Assembly (NCBI GenBank): GCA_965544015.1
Contig: CBEULV010000002.1
Coordinates: forward strand, 1 to 38,951
Length of the DNA stretch: 38,951 bases
From: an uncultured Gammaproteobacteria bacterium
GTDB lineage: Bacteria; Pseudomonadota; Gammaproteobacteria; UBA9214
Direction: 5' to 3'
The notes beneath the pieces are model-generated. The model did no database searches, was not told the origin of the DNA, and worked only from the letters and a program-made list of their open reading frames with translations. Every line of letters begins with the position of its first letter. Position 1 is the first letter of the stretch. The translations under genes were made by a program, and so were the position numbers. Positions 24,710-33,066 of this stretch are shown here, one piece after another.

Positions 24710-26065
24710 ATGGCTATCGGTTCCTCCATTACCGGCGCTGCCGCAGGCATCGGGCAGTTGAAAGAGCTGCGTCAGCGGCTCTTTTTCGTCATTGGCGCCA
24801 TTATCGTGTTCCGCATCGGAACCTTTATCCCGTTGCCGGGCATCGATCCGATTGTGCTTTCGGCGCTGGTTGAGCAGCAGCGCGGCACCATCCTGGAAAT
24901 GTTCAACATGTTTTCCGGGGGCGCCCTGGAGCGCTTGTCGCTGTTTGCGCTGGGCATCATGCCCTACATCTCGGCATCCATCATCATGAACCTGCTGACG
25001 GTGACCGTCCCGTCGCTGGAGCAGCTCAAGAAAGAGGGTGGTGAAGCCGGACGTCGCAAGATCACCCAGTACACACGCTACGGTACGGTGGGACTGGCCA
25101 GCATGCAGGCATTCGGTATTTCTTCCGCCTTGCAGAGTCAGCAGATTGCCGGCAGCAACCTGGTGGTGAATCCGGGTATCGGTTTCGTTATTACCGCTGT
25201 GGCGACGCTGGTAACTGGCACCATCTTCCTGATGTGGCTGGGCGAACAGGTTACTGAGCGCGGTGTCGGGAACGGCATCTCGATCATCATCTTCTCGGGT
25301 ATCGTCGCTGGTCTGCCATCGGCCATCGGCGGCACACTGGAGTTGGCGCGTACCGGTGAAATGAATGTGCTGACTATTCTGGTGTTGTTTGCACTGATAC
25401 TTGCCGTCACCGGATTCGTGGTATTCGTCGAGCGTGGGCAACGCCGCATCACGGTGAACTATGCCAAGCGACAACAGGGGCGCAAGGTGTATGCCGCGCA
25501 AAGCTCGCACCTGCCGCTGAAGCTGAACATGGCCGGTGTGATACCGCCGATTTTCGCCTCCAGTATCATTCTGTTCCCGGCCACCATGGGTAGCTGGGTG
25601 GGGCAGAACGAGGGCATGGGCTGGCTGAGTGATATCGCGGCAACCCTGTCACCCGGCCAGCCGCTGTACGTACTGTTCTATGCAGTGGCGATCGTCTTCT
25701 TCTGCTTCTTCTATACGGCGCTGGTGTTCAACGCCAGGGAAACTGCAGAGAACCTGAAAAAGTCCGGCGCGTTTATTCCCGGCATCCGCCCGGGCGACCA
25801 GACGGCACAATATATCGACCGCGTGATGACGCGCCTGACGACTGGCGGTGCGGTGTACATTACCCTGGTTTGCCTGATGCCCGAGTTTTTGATTCTTTAC
25901 TGGAATGTACCGTTCTACTTTGGCGGTACCTCGTTGTTGATTATCGTTGTGGTAACCATGGATTTCATGGCACAGGTTCAGACCCACCTGGTTTCACACC
26001 AGTACGGCGGTCTGATGAAAAAGGCCAATCTCAAGGGCCACGGCAAAGCCGGCATGCTGCGTTAG
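24710..26065 (+). CDS. secY: Preprotein translocase subunit SecY
   Basis: 451-aa polytopic membrane ORF directly abutting the rplO stop. Sequence and position are typical of SecY. Confidence 0.98.
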   Translation: MAIGSSITGAAAGIGQLKELRQRLFFVIGAIIVFRIGTFIPLPGIDPIVLSALVEQQRGTILEMFNMFSGGALERLSLFALGIMPYISASIIMNLLTVTVPSLEQLKKEGGEAGRRKITQYTRYGTVGLASMQAFGISSALQSQQIAGSNLVVNPGIGFVITAVATLVTGTIFLMWLGEQVTERGVGNGISIIIFSGIVAGLPSAIGGTLELARTGEMNVLTILVLFALILAVTGFVVFVERGQRRITVNYAKRQQGRKVYAAQSSHLPLKLNMAGVIPPIFASSIILFPATMGSWVGQNEGMGWLSDIAATLSPGQPLYVLFYAVAIVFFCFFYTALVFNARETAENLKKSGAFIPGIRPGDQTAQYIDRVMTRLTTGGAVYITLVCLMPEFLILYWNVPFYFGGTSLLIIVVVTMDFMAQVQTHLVSHQYGGLMKKANLKGHGKAGMLR

Positions 26066-26092
26066 TGGCGGTCGACACAGAGGTGTAATGAC

Positions 26093-26206
26093 ATGAAAGT
26101 GCGTGCTTCAGTCAAGCGTATCTGTCGCAACTGCAAAATCGTTCGACGCAAGGGTGTGGTGAGAGTCATCTGCAAGGATGGACGCCACAAGCAGCGTCAG
26201 GGCTGA
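26093..26206 (+). CDS. rpmJ: 50S ribosomal protein L36 (bL36), Zn-ribbon type
   Basis: It is absent from the ORF track because it is under 60 aa. Hand translation gives [37 protein letters not shown] (37 aa), with a TGA stop at 26204-26206. It lies between secY and rpsM, as expected. Confidence 0.95.
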   Translation: MKVRASVKRICRNCKIVRRKGVVRVICKDGRHKQRQG

Positions 26207-26376
26207 GCAGTCGCGAGTCTATGCAAGACATTGATTTTATGAATATTAACAAGCCGAGGCGACGGGATTCCCGGAGCGTGCCGGTGTTACTTGTGTTTGA
26301 TTTATTGGCGTTTTAAAGCTATTCTTACCCGCTTTTCGCGCAGCGTATTAATGCTATTTTGCTGGAGATGATTTAA
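26207..26376 (+). promoter_or_regulatory. rpmJ-rpsM spacer: probable alpha-operon promoter/S4 translational-operator region
   Basis: The 170-nt spacer is AT-richer than its surroundings and holds promoter-like hexamers (TTGATT 26297-26302, 17-nt spacer, TATTCT 26320-26325). In E. coli, P-alpha and the S4 operator sit at this position. The call is positional only. Confidence 0.3.
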
Positions 26377-26733
26377 ATGGCCCGTATCGCCGGAATTAAC
26401 ATTGCAGACAACAAACATACGGTGATTGCCCTGACCGGCATCTACGGCATCGGTCGCGTGACTGCACAAAAAATTTGTGACATTACCGGTGTCAAGCCGG
26501 ACCTGAAGATCAGGGAGCTCAATGACGCTCAACTTGAGTCCATTCGCAGCGAAGTCACCAAGTACACAATCGAGGGCGACCTGCGCCGCACCGTGTCAAT
26601 GAATATCAAGCGCTTGATGGACCTGGGCTGCTATCGCGGTATCCGCCATCGTCGTGGTCTGCCGCTGCGCGGACAGCAAACACAAACGAACGCACGTACC
26701 CGCAAGGGTCCGCGGCGTCCGATTCGTAAATAA
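26377..26733 (+). CDS. rpsM: 30S ribosomal protein S13 (uS13)
   Basis: 118-aa ORF ([26 protein letters not shown]...). Confidence 0.99.
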   Translation: MARIAGINIADNKHTVIALTGIYGIGRVTAQKICDITGVKPDLKIRELNDAQLESIRSEVTKYTIEGDLRRTVSMNIKRLMDLGCYRGIRHRRGLPLRGQQTQTNARTRKGPRRPIRK

Positions 26734-26761
26734 CATTAGTATTTGATACTGGAAACCAGGT

Positions 26762-27145
26762 ATGGCAAAGGAACCGACACGCAAGAAAGTGAAGAAGGAT
26801 GTCGCAGACGGCATCGCTCACATTCACGCTTCATTCAATAACACCATCATCATGATTACCGACCGTCAGGGTAACGCGCTGGCATGGGCGACTTCGGGTG
26901 GTTCGGGTTTTCGTGGCTCGCGCAAGAGCACGCCTTTTGCAGCCCAGGTGGCAGCAGAACGAGCAGGTGAGAAGGTGAAGGAATTCGGCATGAAGAATCT
27001 TGAAGTCGAGGTCAAGGGTCCTGGCCCGGGACGCGAGTCCGCCGTGCGTGCGCTCAACAACTGCGGATTCCAGATTACCAATATCACTGACGTGACGCCG
27101 ATACCACACAATGGTTGCCGGCCGCCGAAGAAACGTCGCGTTTAG
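26762..27145 (+). CDS. rpsK: 30S ribosomal protein S11 (uS11)
   Basis: 127-aa ORF (...[30 protein letters not shown]...[13 protein letters not shown]). Confidence 0.99.
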   Translation: MAKEPTRKKVKKDVADGIAHIHASFNNTIIMITDRQGNALAWATSGGSGFRGSRKSTPFAAQVAAERAGEKVKEFGMKNLEVEVKGPGPGRESAVRALNNCGFQITNITDVTPIPHNGCRPPKKRRV

Positions 27146-27160
27146 GGAAGGAACAGAATT

Positions 27161-27787
27161 ATGGCCAAGTACATCGGATCAAAATGCCGTCAGTGCCGCC
27201 GCGAAGGTGGCAAACTGTTCCTGAAGGGCGAGAAGTGTTTCACTGCCAAGTGCGCCGTCGAGAGCCGACCGTTTCCGCCGGGTCAGCACGGCCAGCGTCG
27301 TACACGCCTGTCAGACTACGCCAACCAGCTGCGCGAGAAGCAGAAGGTGCGCCGCATTTACGGTGTGCTGGAGAGGCAGTTCCGCAACTACTACAAGCAG
27401 GCCGCGAGTACCAAGGGTTCCACCGGCGAGAACCTGTTGCAGTTGCTGGAGGGTCGACTGGACAATGTAGTCTACCGCATGGGTTTTTCCTCATCGCGTA
27501 GCGAGTCACGCCAGCTGGTGCGCCACAACGGCATCAGCGTAAACGGTGCGCGGGTCAATATCCCGTCCTACCAGGTGCAGCCAAACGATGTGGTCAGCAT
27601 CAATGAGAAGAGCCGTGCCCAACTGCGCATCCAGTCCGCCATGGATCTTGCCAAGCAGCGCGGGATTTCCGACTGGATCGACGTGGACGCGAAGAAGATG
27701 CAGGGTGTATACAAGTCACGCCCGGGCCGCGCTGAACTGCCGGCCGACATTAATGAGCACTTGATCGTCGAATTGTATTCCAAGTAA
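27161..27787 (+). CDS. rpsD: 30S ribosomal protein S4 (uS4)
   Basis: 208-aa ORF ([26 protein letters not shown]...). Confidence 0.99.
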   Translation: MAKYIGSKCRQCRREGGKLFLKGEKCFTAKCAVESRPFPPGQHGQRRTRLSDYANQLREKQKVRRIYGVLERQFRNYYKQAASTKGSTGENLLQLLEGRLDNVVYRMGFSSSRSESRQLVRHNGISVNGARVNIPSYQVQPNDVVSINEKSRAQLRIQSAMDLAKQRGISDWIDVDAKKMQGVYKSRPGRAELPADINEHLIVELYSK

Positions 27788-27805
27788 TAGCTGAGGGACT
27801 GATTC

Positions 27806-28816
27806 ATGCTGGGTAAAGTCAACGAATTCCTGAAGCCGCGTATCGTGGACGTCCAGGTAATTAACGACAGTCATGCGAGGGTGACGCTGGAGCCGCTGGA
27901 GCGCGGTTTTGGCCACACGCTTGGTAATGCACTGCGTCGTATCCTGCTATCCTCGATGCCGGGTTCCGCGATCATCAATGCGGAAATCGATGGCGTCCTG
28001 CATGAGTACTCTACCATCGAGGGCGTGCAGGAAGATGTCATCGATATTCTGCTGAACCTGAAGAAGGTCGCATTGCGCATGCACAACCGCGACGAAGCAA
28101 CCCTGACGCTGAGCAAGAAGGGCCCCGGCCCGGTCACCGCCGGCGACATCACAATCGACCATGATATCGAGATCACCAACCCTGACTTCGTGATCGCCAA
28201 CCTGACCAAGGCCGGCGAACTCAATATGACTCTCAAGGTTGCCAAGGGGCATGGCTACCAGCCGGCCACGCGTCGTGAAAGCGAGGAAGAGGAAGGCAGC
28301 CATCCGATCGGCAGCCTGCAACTGGATGCCTCGTTCAGCCCGGTCAGCCGCATCTCCTACAATGTCGACCGTGCCCGCGTTGAGCAGCGCACCGACCTGG
28401 ACAAGCTGATCATTGATATCGAGACCAATGGCACCGTGGACCCGGAAGAGGCAATTCGCCATGCCGCCACCATCCTGCAGGACCAGTTGTCGGCCTTTGT
28501 CGATCTGCAGGCCAGTGCGCAGGAAGCTGCAACTGCCCCCGAGGCCGATGTGGATCCGATTCTGCTGCGCCCGGTCGATGACCTGGAGCTGACCGTTCGT
28601 TCGGCAAACTGCCTCAAGGCGGAAAGTATCTATTACATTGGTGACCTGATCCAGCGCACCGAGGTCGAGCTGCTCAAGACCCCGAACCTGGGCAAGAAGT
28701 CACTCACCGAGATCAAGGACGTACTGGCAACCAGGGGCCTGTCGCTGGGCATGCGCCTGGAGAACTGGCCGCCGGCCCGCCTTGCCGGTAACAAAACCGA
28801 GGCCGTTAACGGCTAA
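27806..28816 (+). CDS. rpoA: DNA-directed RNA polymerase subunit alpha
   Basis: 336-aa ORF (...[47 protein letters not shown]...). Confidence 0.99.
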   Translation: MLGKVNEFLKPRIVDVQVINDSHARVTLEPLERGFGHTLGNALRRILLSSMPGSAIINAEIDGVLHEYSTIEGVQEDVIDILLNLKKVALRMHNRDEATLTLSKKGPGPVTAGDITIDHDIEITNPDFVIANLTKAGELNMTLKVAKGHGYQPATRRESEEEEGSHPIGSLQLDASFSPVSRISYNVDRARVEQRTDLDKLIIDIETNGTVDPEEAIRHAATILQDQLSAFVDLQASAQEAATAPEADVDPILLRPVDDLELTVRSANCLKAESIYYIGDLIQRTEVELLKTPNLGKKSLTEIKDVLATRGLSLGMRLENWPPARLAGNKTEAVNG

Positions 28817-28836
28817 CACGTAACAGGATTCAGATC

Positions 28837-29220
28837 ATGCGTCATCGTAAGTCAGGTCGGCAATTAAACCGCAACAGTTCACACCGCAAGGCCATGTTCC
28901 AGAATATGGCCGTGTCCTTGCTGCGCCACGAGGCCATCAAGACCACCTTGCCGAAGGCCAAGGAACTGCGTCGTGTCGCAGAGCCATTCATCACCATGGC
29001 CAAGACCGACTCCGTGCACAAGCGGCGTATCGCATTCAATCGCCTGCGCGATCGTGAAATCGTCGGCAAGCTGTTCAACGAACTGGGTCCGCGTTACAAG
29101 GATCGCCCCGGCGGTTACCTGCGCATCCTGAAGATCGGCTATCGCACAGGCGACAGTGCACCGATGGCATACGTTGAGCTGGTTGATCGTCCACAGGAAG
29201 AGGAAGCGGTCTCCGAGTAA
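28837..29220 (+). CDS. rplQ: 50S ribosomal protein L17 (bL17)
   Basis: 127-aa ORF ([24 protein letters not shown]...). Confidence 0.99.
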   Translation: MRHRKSGRQLNRNSSHRKAMFQNMAVSLLRHEAIKTTLPKAKELRRVAEPFITMAKTDSVHKRRIAFNRLRDREIVGKLFNELGPRYKDRPGGYLRILKIGYRTGDSAPMAYVELVDRPQEEEAVSE

Positions 29221-29241
29221 ATCGGGCTGGTTCTGTTCCAT

Positions 29242-29275
29242 AAAAAAACCGGGCATTGCCCGGTTTTTTGTTTTT
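29242..29275. terminator. Bidirectional intrinsic terminator after rplQ
   Basis: An A7 run precedes the stem CCGGGC/GCCCGG (29249-29254 and 29258-29263), which is followed by TTTTTTGTTTTT. The A and T flanks make it usable from either strand. Confidence 0.8.
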
Positions 29276-29463
29276 GTAGGAGCGGATCGCATCCGCGATC
29301 TTTTTTCTCCCAGCAAGATCGCGCTCGCGGAGCATTCCTACAATAATCAGATGCACCTGTAGGAGCGGACGTTGTCCGCGAATATATCAACGCCTGATGT
29401 TCGCGCATGCCTGCGCTCCTACAACAATCAGGTACACCTGTAGGAGTGGATCTTATCCGCGAT
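29275..29463. repeat. Cluster of five REP-like elements in alternating orientation (one singlet plus two REPIN-like head-to-head doublets)
   Basis: The units are 29275-29300 (+), 29317-29342 (-), 29358-29383 (+), 29399-29423 (-) and 29439-29463 (+). All read TGTAGGAG(C/T)G followed by a variable palindrome and CGCGA. The stems differ in sequence but stay complementary. The head-to-head spacers are conserved (ataatcagatgcacc versus acaatcaggtacacc). Confidence 0.85.
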
Positions 29464-29478
29464 TTTTTTCTGCGGATG

Positions 29479-31179
29479 TCAACGCAGCGCGGCTATTTCT
29501 CCATGCGTGCGGATGATCTCGCGGTCACGGAACCTGAACGGTTCGCCCAGGCCCTGGATGATTGGTGGGTCACGCTGATAGATATCGCGATTGAATAACA
29601 CTGTGCCATCTTCATCGACGGCGACGGTCCAGTACATGAGAATGATGGTGACCGGCTCAGCCAGTGTGATGCTTTGCGTATCCTTTGCATCCACTGCCAG
29701 GATCAGCTCGCCCCGGTTCCAGCCAGTATTGCCCTGTAATAGTAGCTCGGCCAGTTCAAACGGATGTTCGATTCGGATGCAGCCCGAGCTGAAGGCGCGT
29801 TCCGGTTCCTCGAACAATGACTTGCTCGGCGTATCATGCATGTATACCGAGTGAGGGTTCGGGAACATGAACTTGATGCGCCCAAGTGCATTCTCCGGTC
29901 CCGGCTGCTGCCGGATCAGCCAGGGAAAATTTTCAGCTGTATAGCGGGCCCATTCAATGCTGTCAGTATCGACGGGAGCTCCCTGGTAGTCGATCACCTG
30001 CATGTTTTTCTGCTCCAGGTACGACGGGTCCTTCCACAGCTCCGGTAACACGTCCTCCTTCAGGATGATTGGCGGTATCGTCCAGGTCGGGTTCAGGTCG
30101 AGGTAGGTGAGGGTGGAGCGGAAGATCGGCGACATGCGGTAGGGCTGTCCGACCACTGCGCGGGTCTCCCAGATTACCTCGCGGTTTCTGAACAGGCGTA
30201 CATTGAAACCGGCGATGTCCACCATGATGAAGGTGTCCGGTAAGTCGTGCATTACCCAGCGGGTACGCTCCAGGTTGGCACGGATCTGGTTGATGCGTGC
30301 CCCGACCGGTACGTTCAGTTCCCGCAGTGTCCTGGGTCCGACCACACCGTCATCTGCCAGCCCGTGGCGGCGCTGGAAGCGTGTCACACCAGCGGCCAGC
30401 ATGTCATCGTAGGTGGTGAAATACAGGTCCTGCATGGTCAGGTCACCGGTTGCAACCAGGCGGGCGCGCAATACCGGCACGCGCGCATCCACCATGCCGG
30501 GTTTCAGTGACGGACCCTGCGCCACGGGTTCCCAGCCGCCGAGCTGTTGATAGAGACGGTATTGTCCCAGCGCGGTTTTCAGGCGCTCGTACTTGATGGA
30601 CTGGGGCTTCAGCGATTGCAGTAGTTTGTTAACCTGGCCGTTCTCGATCGAGCCACTCAACGCCAGCAGCGCATCGAGGTCCTCGATATAGCGTGTCATG
30701 TTCCAGTTGGAGTCAAGCGCCTCCGGGTCGACCTTGCCAAATGACAGGTGATAGCCGAGCCGGATCAGGCTGTCGGTCAGCAGCAGGTCAAGGTCGGCGC
30801 TGCGTTCCGGGTTGGCCAGCCCGGTTTCCATGTTTTGTTCCAGCAGCAGTTTGAGCGTGTTGAGGTTGTAATCGGCAGGGCTAAGTCCCTCCGCATCAAT
30901 GGCTTCAATGGCGCTGATCAGTTGGCGTACTGACACCGGGTTGGACCATACCGGTGCGTAGTGACGTCTTGCGTACAGGGCAGGCAGGACAATGGCGGAG
31001 GCCAGGGTGGTGTCCTGGATGTGTACGTTGTGCCCGTTCTGAATCGCAGAGACGCGAGCCTGTATGAAGTTGCTGACCGGTGTGCTTGCTGCCGATGATG
31101 CGACAGGCATTATCAGCGCCAGCAGCATCAGCAGGCTGGCGGGGAAGATGAATATGGAACGGGGGTTGCTGCTATTCAT
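29479..31179 (-). CDS. L,D-transpeptidase, YcbB/LdtD family (signal peptide, PG-binding domain, YkuD catalytic domain)
   Basis: 566-aa ORF with an N-terminal signal-like segment (IFIFPASLLMLLALIMPVASSAAS). It has a PG_binding_1-like segment (FQRRHGLADDGVVGPRTLRELN) and the YkuD catalytic motif HDTPSKSLFEEPERAFSSGCIRIE. Confidence 0.88.
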   Translation of the reverse strand: MNSSNPRSIFIFPASLLMLLALIMPVASSAASTPVSNFIQARVSAIQNGHNVHIQDTTLASAIVLPALYARRHYAPVWSNPVSVRQLISAIEAIDAEGLSPADYNLNTLKLLLEQNMETGLANPERSADLDLLLTDSLIRLGYHLSFGKVDPEALDSNWNMTRYIEDLDALLALSGSIENGQVNKLLQSLKPQSIKYERLKTALGQYRLYQQLGGWEPVAQGPSLKPGMVDARVPVLRARLVATGDLTMQDLYFTTYDDMLAAGVTRFQRRHGLADDGVVGPRTLRELNVPVGARINQIRANLERTRWVMHDLPDTFIMVDIAGFNVRLFRNREVIWETRAVVGQPYRMSPIFRSTLTYLDLNPTWTIPPIILKEDVLPELWKDPSYLEQKNMQVIDYQGAPVDTDSIEWARYTAENFPWLIRQQPGPENALGRIKFMFPNPHSVYMHDTPSKSLFEEPERAFSSGCIRIEHPFELAELLLQGNTGWNRGELILAVDAKDTQSITLAEPVTIILMYWTVAVDEDGTVLFNRDIYQRDPPIIQGLGEPFRFRDREIIRTHGEIAALR

Positions 31180-31281
31180 GTGTCCACCAGACTGTGATTC
31201 TGCCCCGCTTTTACAGCATTGACTATTGGACTTTCGGGCAGCCCGATGATTCCCTGTTGTGTTCCTGTTGCTGCGAACGGC

Positions 31282-31560
31282 CTACAGGCGCTTGCCGGCC
31301 AGCGTTGGCACCTTGTCAGTGCGTGTTTCCAGTTTCAGGTAGCTGATCAGGCGGGCACTGCCGCGGGCGTGCATGGTCTCGTGGATCTGTTGAACGACGG
31401 CGAGGATATCGGCCAGTTCACCTTCGATGTTGGTGCCGGCGGCATGGGTTTCCAGGATGAAGTCATGCTGGTTGAGCAGCCCGACGATTTGCCTGACTTC
31501 CTCGCGCACCGAGACACCGGCACCCAGTGGAATGACCTGTAATTCGGCAGTCGCTTTCAT
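31282..31560 (-). CDS. MTH1187/YkoF-like (DUF77, UPF0045) small protein, putative thiamine/HMP-binding fold
   Basis: 92-aa ORF (MKATAELQVIPLGAGVSVREEV...TNIEGELADILAVVQQIHE...). It matches the family pattern V-P-L-G...S-V-S...T-x-I-EG with the typical length. It has the same orientation as the L,D-transpeptidase gene, which lies 102 nt downstream. Confidence 0.75.
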   Translation of the reverse strand: MKATAELQVIPLGAGVSVREEVRQIVGLLNQHDFILETHAAGTNIEGELADILAVVQQIHETMHARGSARLISYLKLETRTDKVPTLAGKRL

Positions 31561-31699
31561 GATGCATAACTCGCGTGGTTGGCAGAATCAATACAGTTTA
31601 GCGTCAAACGGCTGTAGTTGCAGTGGCATTTCATATGGGAATGCCCTGCCTGAGCGGGGGACAGGCATCTCAAGCGCGATATTTCCAGTCTATAAAACA

Positions 31700-31751
31700 T
31701 TGCCACAGAGTACACAGAGAAAACACGTCGTTCCCGCGGAGGCGGGAATCC
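31700..31751 (+). repeat. Composite dispersed repeat, copy 1: TTGCCACAGAGTACACAGAGAAAACA head plus GTCGTTCCCGC-ggag-GCGGGAATC hairpin
   Basis: It shares the about 26-nt head and the GTCGTTCCCGCG arm with 33851-33932. The 7-bp stem is TTCCCGC (31731-31737) pairing with GCGGGAA (31742-31748). Confidence 0.8.
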
Positions 31752-31789
31752 AGCCAGAAACAGGAATCAACTGATTAGCCTGAGCAGAA

Positions 31790-31825
31790 TGCAGGAGCGC
31801 TCCCCGCCTGCGCGGGGACAGGCTT
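31790..31825 (+). repeat. REP-related variant (TGCAGGAGCGCTCCCCGCCTGCGCGGGGACAGGCTT)
   Basis: It is near-identical in its core to REP copy 33814-33839 (AGGAGCGC.(C/T)CCGCCTGCGCG). Its 3' end carries GGGGACAGGCTT, the same 12-mer as the tuf-rpsJ palindrome. Confidence 0.7.
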
Positions 31826-31936
31826 GCAGTTGCGATTCAATATTGGGAAAATTTAAATGGTGTAATAGCACATTTTTTGCTTATATACGCACGAGAGACA
31901 ATCTGGGCCTTCTTTAAAATACGCAGGCAGGTATCC

Positions 31937-32128
31937 ATGAAACAGATACGGTTGTTGTTATTCACCATCATCTCGCTGAGTCTTTCCGGTTGCGCGGCGG
32001 GCCTGATCTACGACCAGGACAGAAAACCGCGTGATTGCCGGCAGGACCCGGACCAGCGTTGCCTTAACTCGGCCGGTGTACCTGACGAGTTTTATCGCGT
32101 GGCTGTCAAACCGGTTCCGGAAGTGTAG
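31937..32128 (+). CDS. Small putative lipoprotein (63 aa)
   Basis: The track ORF opens at TTG 31877. The in-frame ATG 31937 gives MKQIRLLLFTIISLSLSGC, a classical lipoprotein signal with lipobox LSGC. I recognise no homolog. Confidence 0.55.
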   Translation: MKQIRLLLFTIISLSLSGCAAGLIYDQDRKPRDCRQDPDQRCLNSAGVPDEFYRVAVKPVPEV

Positions 32129-32133
32129 GCCTG

Positions 32134-32577
32134 ATGCCCGAAATCAATCACCGCGTTGGCATCCGGGGTTCGTTACATGATGCCTACACGGCGCTGACCA
32201 CGGATGCCGGTCTGTCGACCTGGTGGACGACGGATACCAAAGGCGCGGGTCCGGTCGGTTCCATCATTGCATTTCGTTTTAACGGTGGCGGGCCGGATTT
32301 CGAGGTCATCGAGTTGCAGCCGGACCAGTTGGTGCGCTGGCGTCACACCGGCGACATGCCGGAGGACTGGAAGGACACAGAGATCTCCTTCGAGTTAACG
32401 GAGCAGCAGGGGCAGGTATTCGTGCGCTTCCGGCACAGTCACTGGCAAGAGGCGTCCGACTTCCTGGCGCATTGCAGCAGTAAATGGGGCGTGTTTCTAC
32501 TCAGTCTCAAAGACGCCATCGAGACCGGTACCGGCAGGCCGTTCCCGCACGATATCCACATCGATCACAGCGAGTAG
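32134..32577 (+). CDS. SRPBCC superfamily protein (Aha1/START-like domain)
   Basis: 147-aa ORF beginning 6 nt after the lipoprotein stop. Its length and pattern (W..W...FRF.GGGPDFEV..L.....W.....T.I.F.L......V.F.H..W....HC...W..FL.SLK..IE.G.G.P) are typical of single-domain SRPBCC/AHSA1 proteins. Confidence 0.7.
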   Translation: MPEINHRVGIRGSLHDAYTALTTDAGLSTWWTTDTKGAGPVGSIIAFRFNGGGPDFEVIELQPDQLVRWRHTGDMPEDWKDTEISFELTEQQGQVFVRFRHSHWQEASDFLAHCSSKWGVFLLSLKDAIETGTGRPFPHDIHIDHSE

Positions 32578-32600
32578 GCCAGCCAGCTGTCAGGCTGGCC
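32577..32600. other. 8-bp hairpin (GGCCAGCC / GGCTGGCC) between convergent ORFs
   Basis: It overlaps the SRPBCC stop codon and has no T-tract on either side. It may be a weak bidirectional terminator or a stabiliser. Confidence 0.4.
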
Positions 32601-32618
32601 ATCGCTGGCAATGCGTGG

Positions 32619-32738
32619 CTACTTATTTGGTCTGCTACCCGGCATTCGCGGGCGATCCCGCAGGATAAGGTATAACGAGCCTGCGGTGGTCAGAACCGAG
32701 ACGCAGATACCGGCAGCAGTCAGTGAATCCCAGAACAT
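32619..32738 (-). CDS. Candidate small hydrophobic protein (39 aa, one predicted TM segment plus a basic tail)
   Basis: Hand translation gives MFWDSLTAAGICVSVLTTAGSLYLILRDRPRMPGSRPNK. A GGAGA SD sequence lies 6 nt upstream of the ATG. A promoter-like TTACGC-17 nt-TATTAA (minus strand, 32796-32768) sits inside an AT-rich islet. This is the only plausible part of the 134-aa track ORF. No homology support is available. Confidence 0.3.
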   Translation of the reverse strand: MFWDSLTAAGICVSVLTTAGSLYLILRDRPRMPGSRPNK

Positions 32739-33066
32739 GGCGCATCTCCATAGTAGTAATAAGGTAATTAATAAAAAACTAATATACTTGGCGTAACGGC
32801 GCAGCCGCAGGTTCCTTGAATGCCGGGAGAGGGCACTGTGTGATTTTGTGGCCCGGGTCACGATTTCGCGTTCAGGAGATATACGCGTTAGGCTTGGATC
32901 CGGTGGAGGCCAAAACCGGGGGTTCGTCATGAGTGAAGCAGAGCGCATGAAATACCTGAAAATCGCCCTGCCGGCTATCGGGCTGGCGGTGCTTGCGCCG
33001 TGCCGACGTCCGGGGTGAGTCATTCACGTTTACCAGGCTGCTAAGTAGCGGGCGGCAACGTAACGC

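Noticed and set aside
26221-26316. 31-codon ORF (MQDIDFMNINKPRRRDSRSVPVLLVFDLLAF) in the rpmJ-rpsM spacer.
   Set aside because: It has no SD sequence and lies in the AT-rich spacer expected to hold the alpha-operon promoter and S4 operator. It is most likely non-coding.
29275-29463. Regularly spaced repeats (about 41-42 bp centre to centre) that superficially resemble a CRISPR array.
   Set aside because: The units alternate in orientation and differ internally. The spacers are only 15-16 nt, with two near-identical. No cas genes are present. The array fits REP/BIME-type elements.
29407-29598. 63-aa plus-strand ORF overlapping the REP cluster and the 3' end of the L,D-transpeptidase gene. The same applies to 31219-31542 and 31427-31774, which overlap the DUF77 gene and repeats.
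   Set aside because: These are translations of repeat hairpins or of the antisense of supported genes. The VVPAEAGIQ-type peptide is a known style of repeat artefact.
31561-31700. Possible TPP riboswitch upstream of the YkoF/DUF77-like gene, by analogy with the B. subtilis ykoF operon.
   Set aside because: Reading the minus strand, I cannot find the conserved TPP-riboswitch cores (CUGAGA and ACCUGAUCUGGAUAAUGCCAGCG-like). The CTGAGC strings are on the wrong strand and belong to dispersed repeats.
32619-33023. 134-aa minus-strand ORF spanning the unassigned gap.
   Set aside because: The N-terminal two thirds is Arg/Ser/Pro-rich and reads through an AT-rich islet. No RBS is present at its start. 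Only the terminal 39 codons, with their own SD sequence and promoter-like signals, are kept as a low-confidence candidate.
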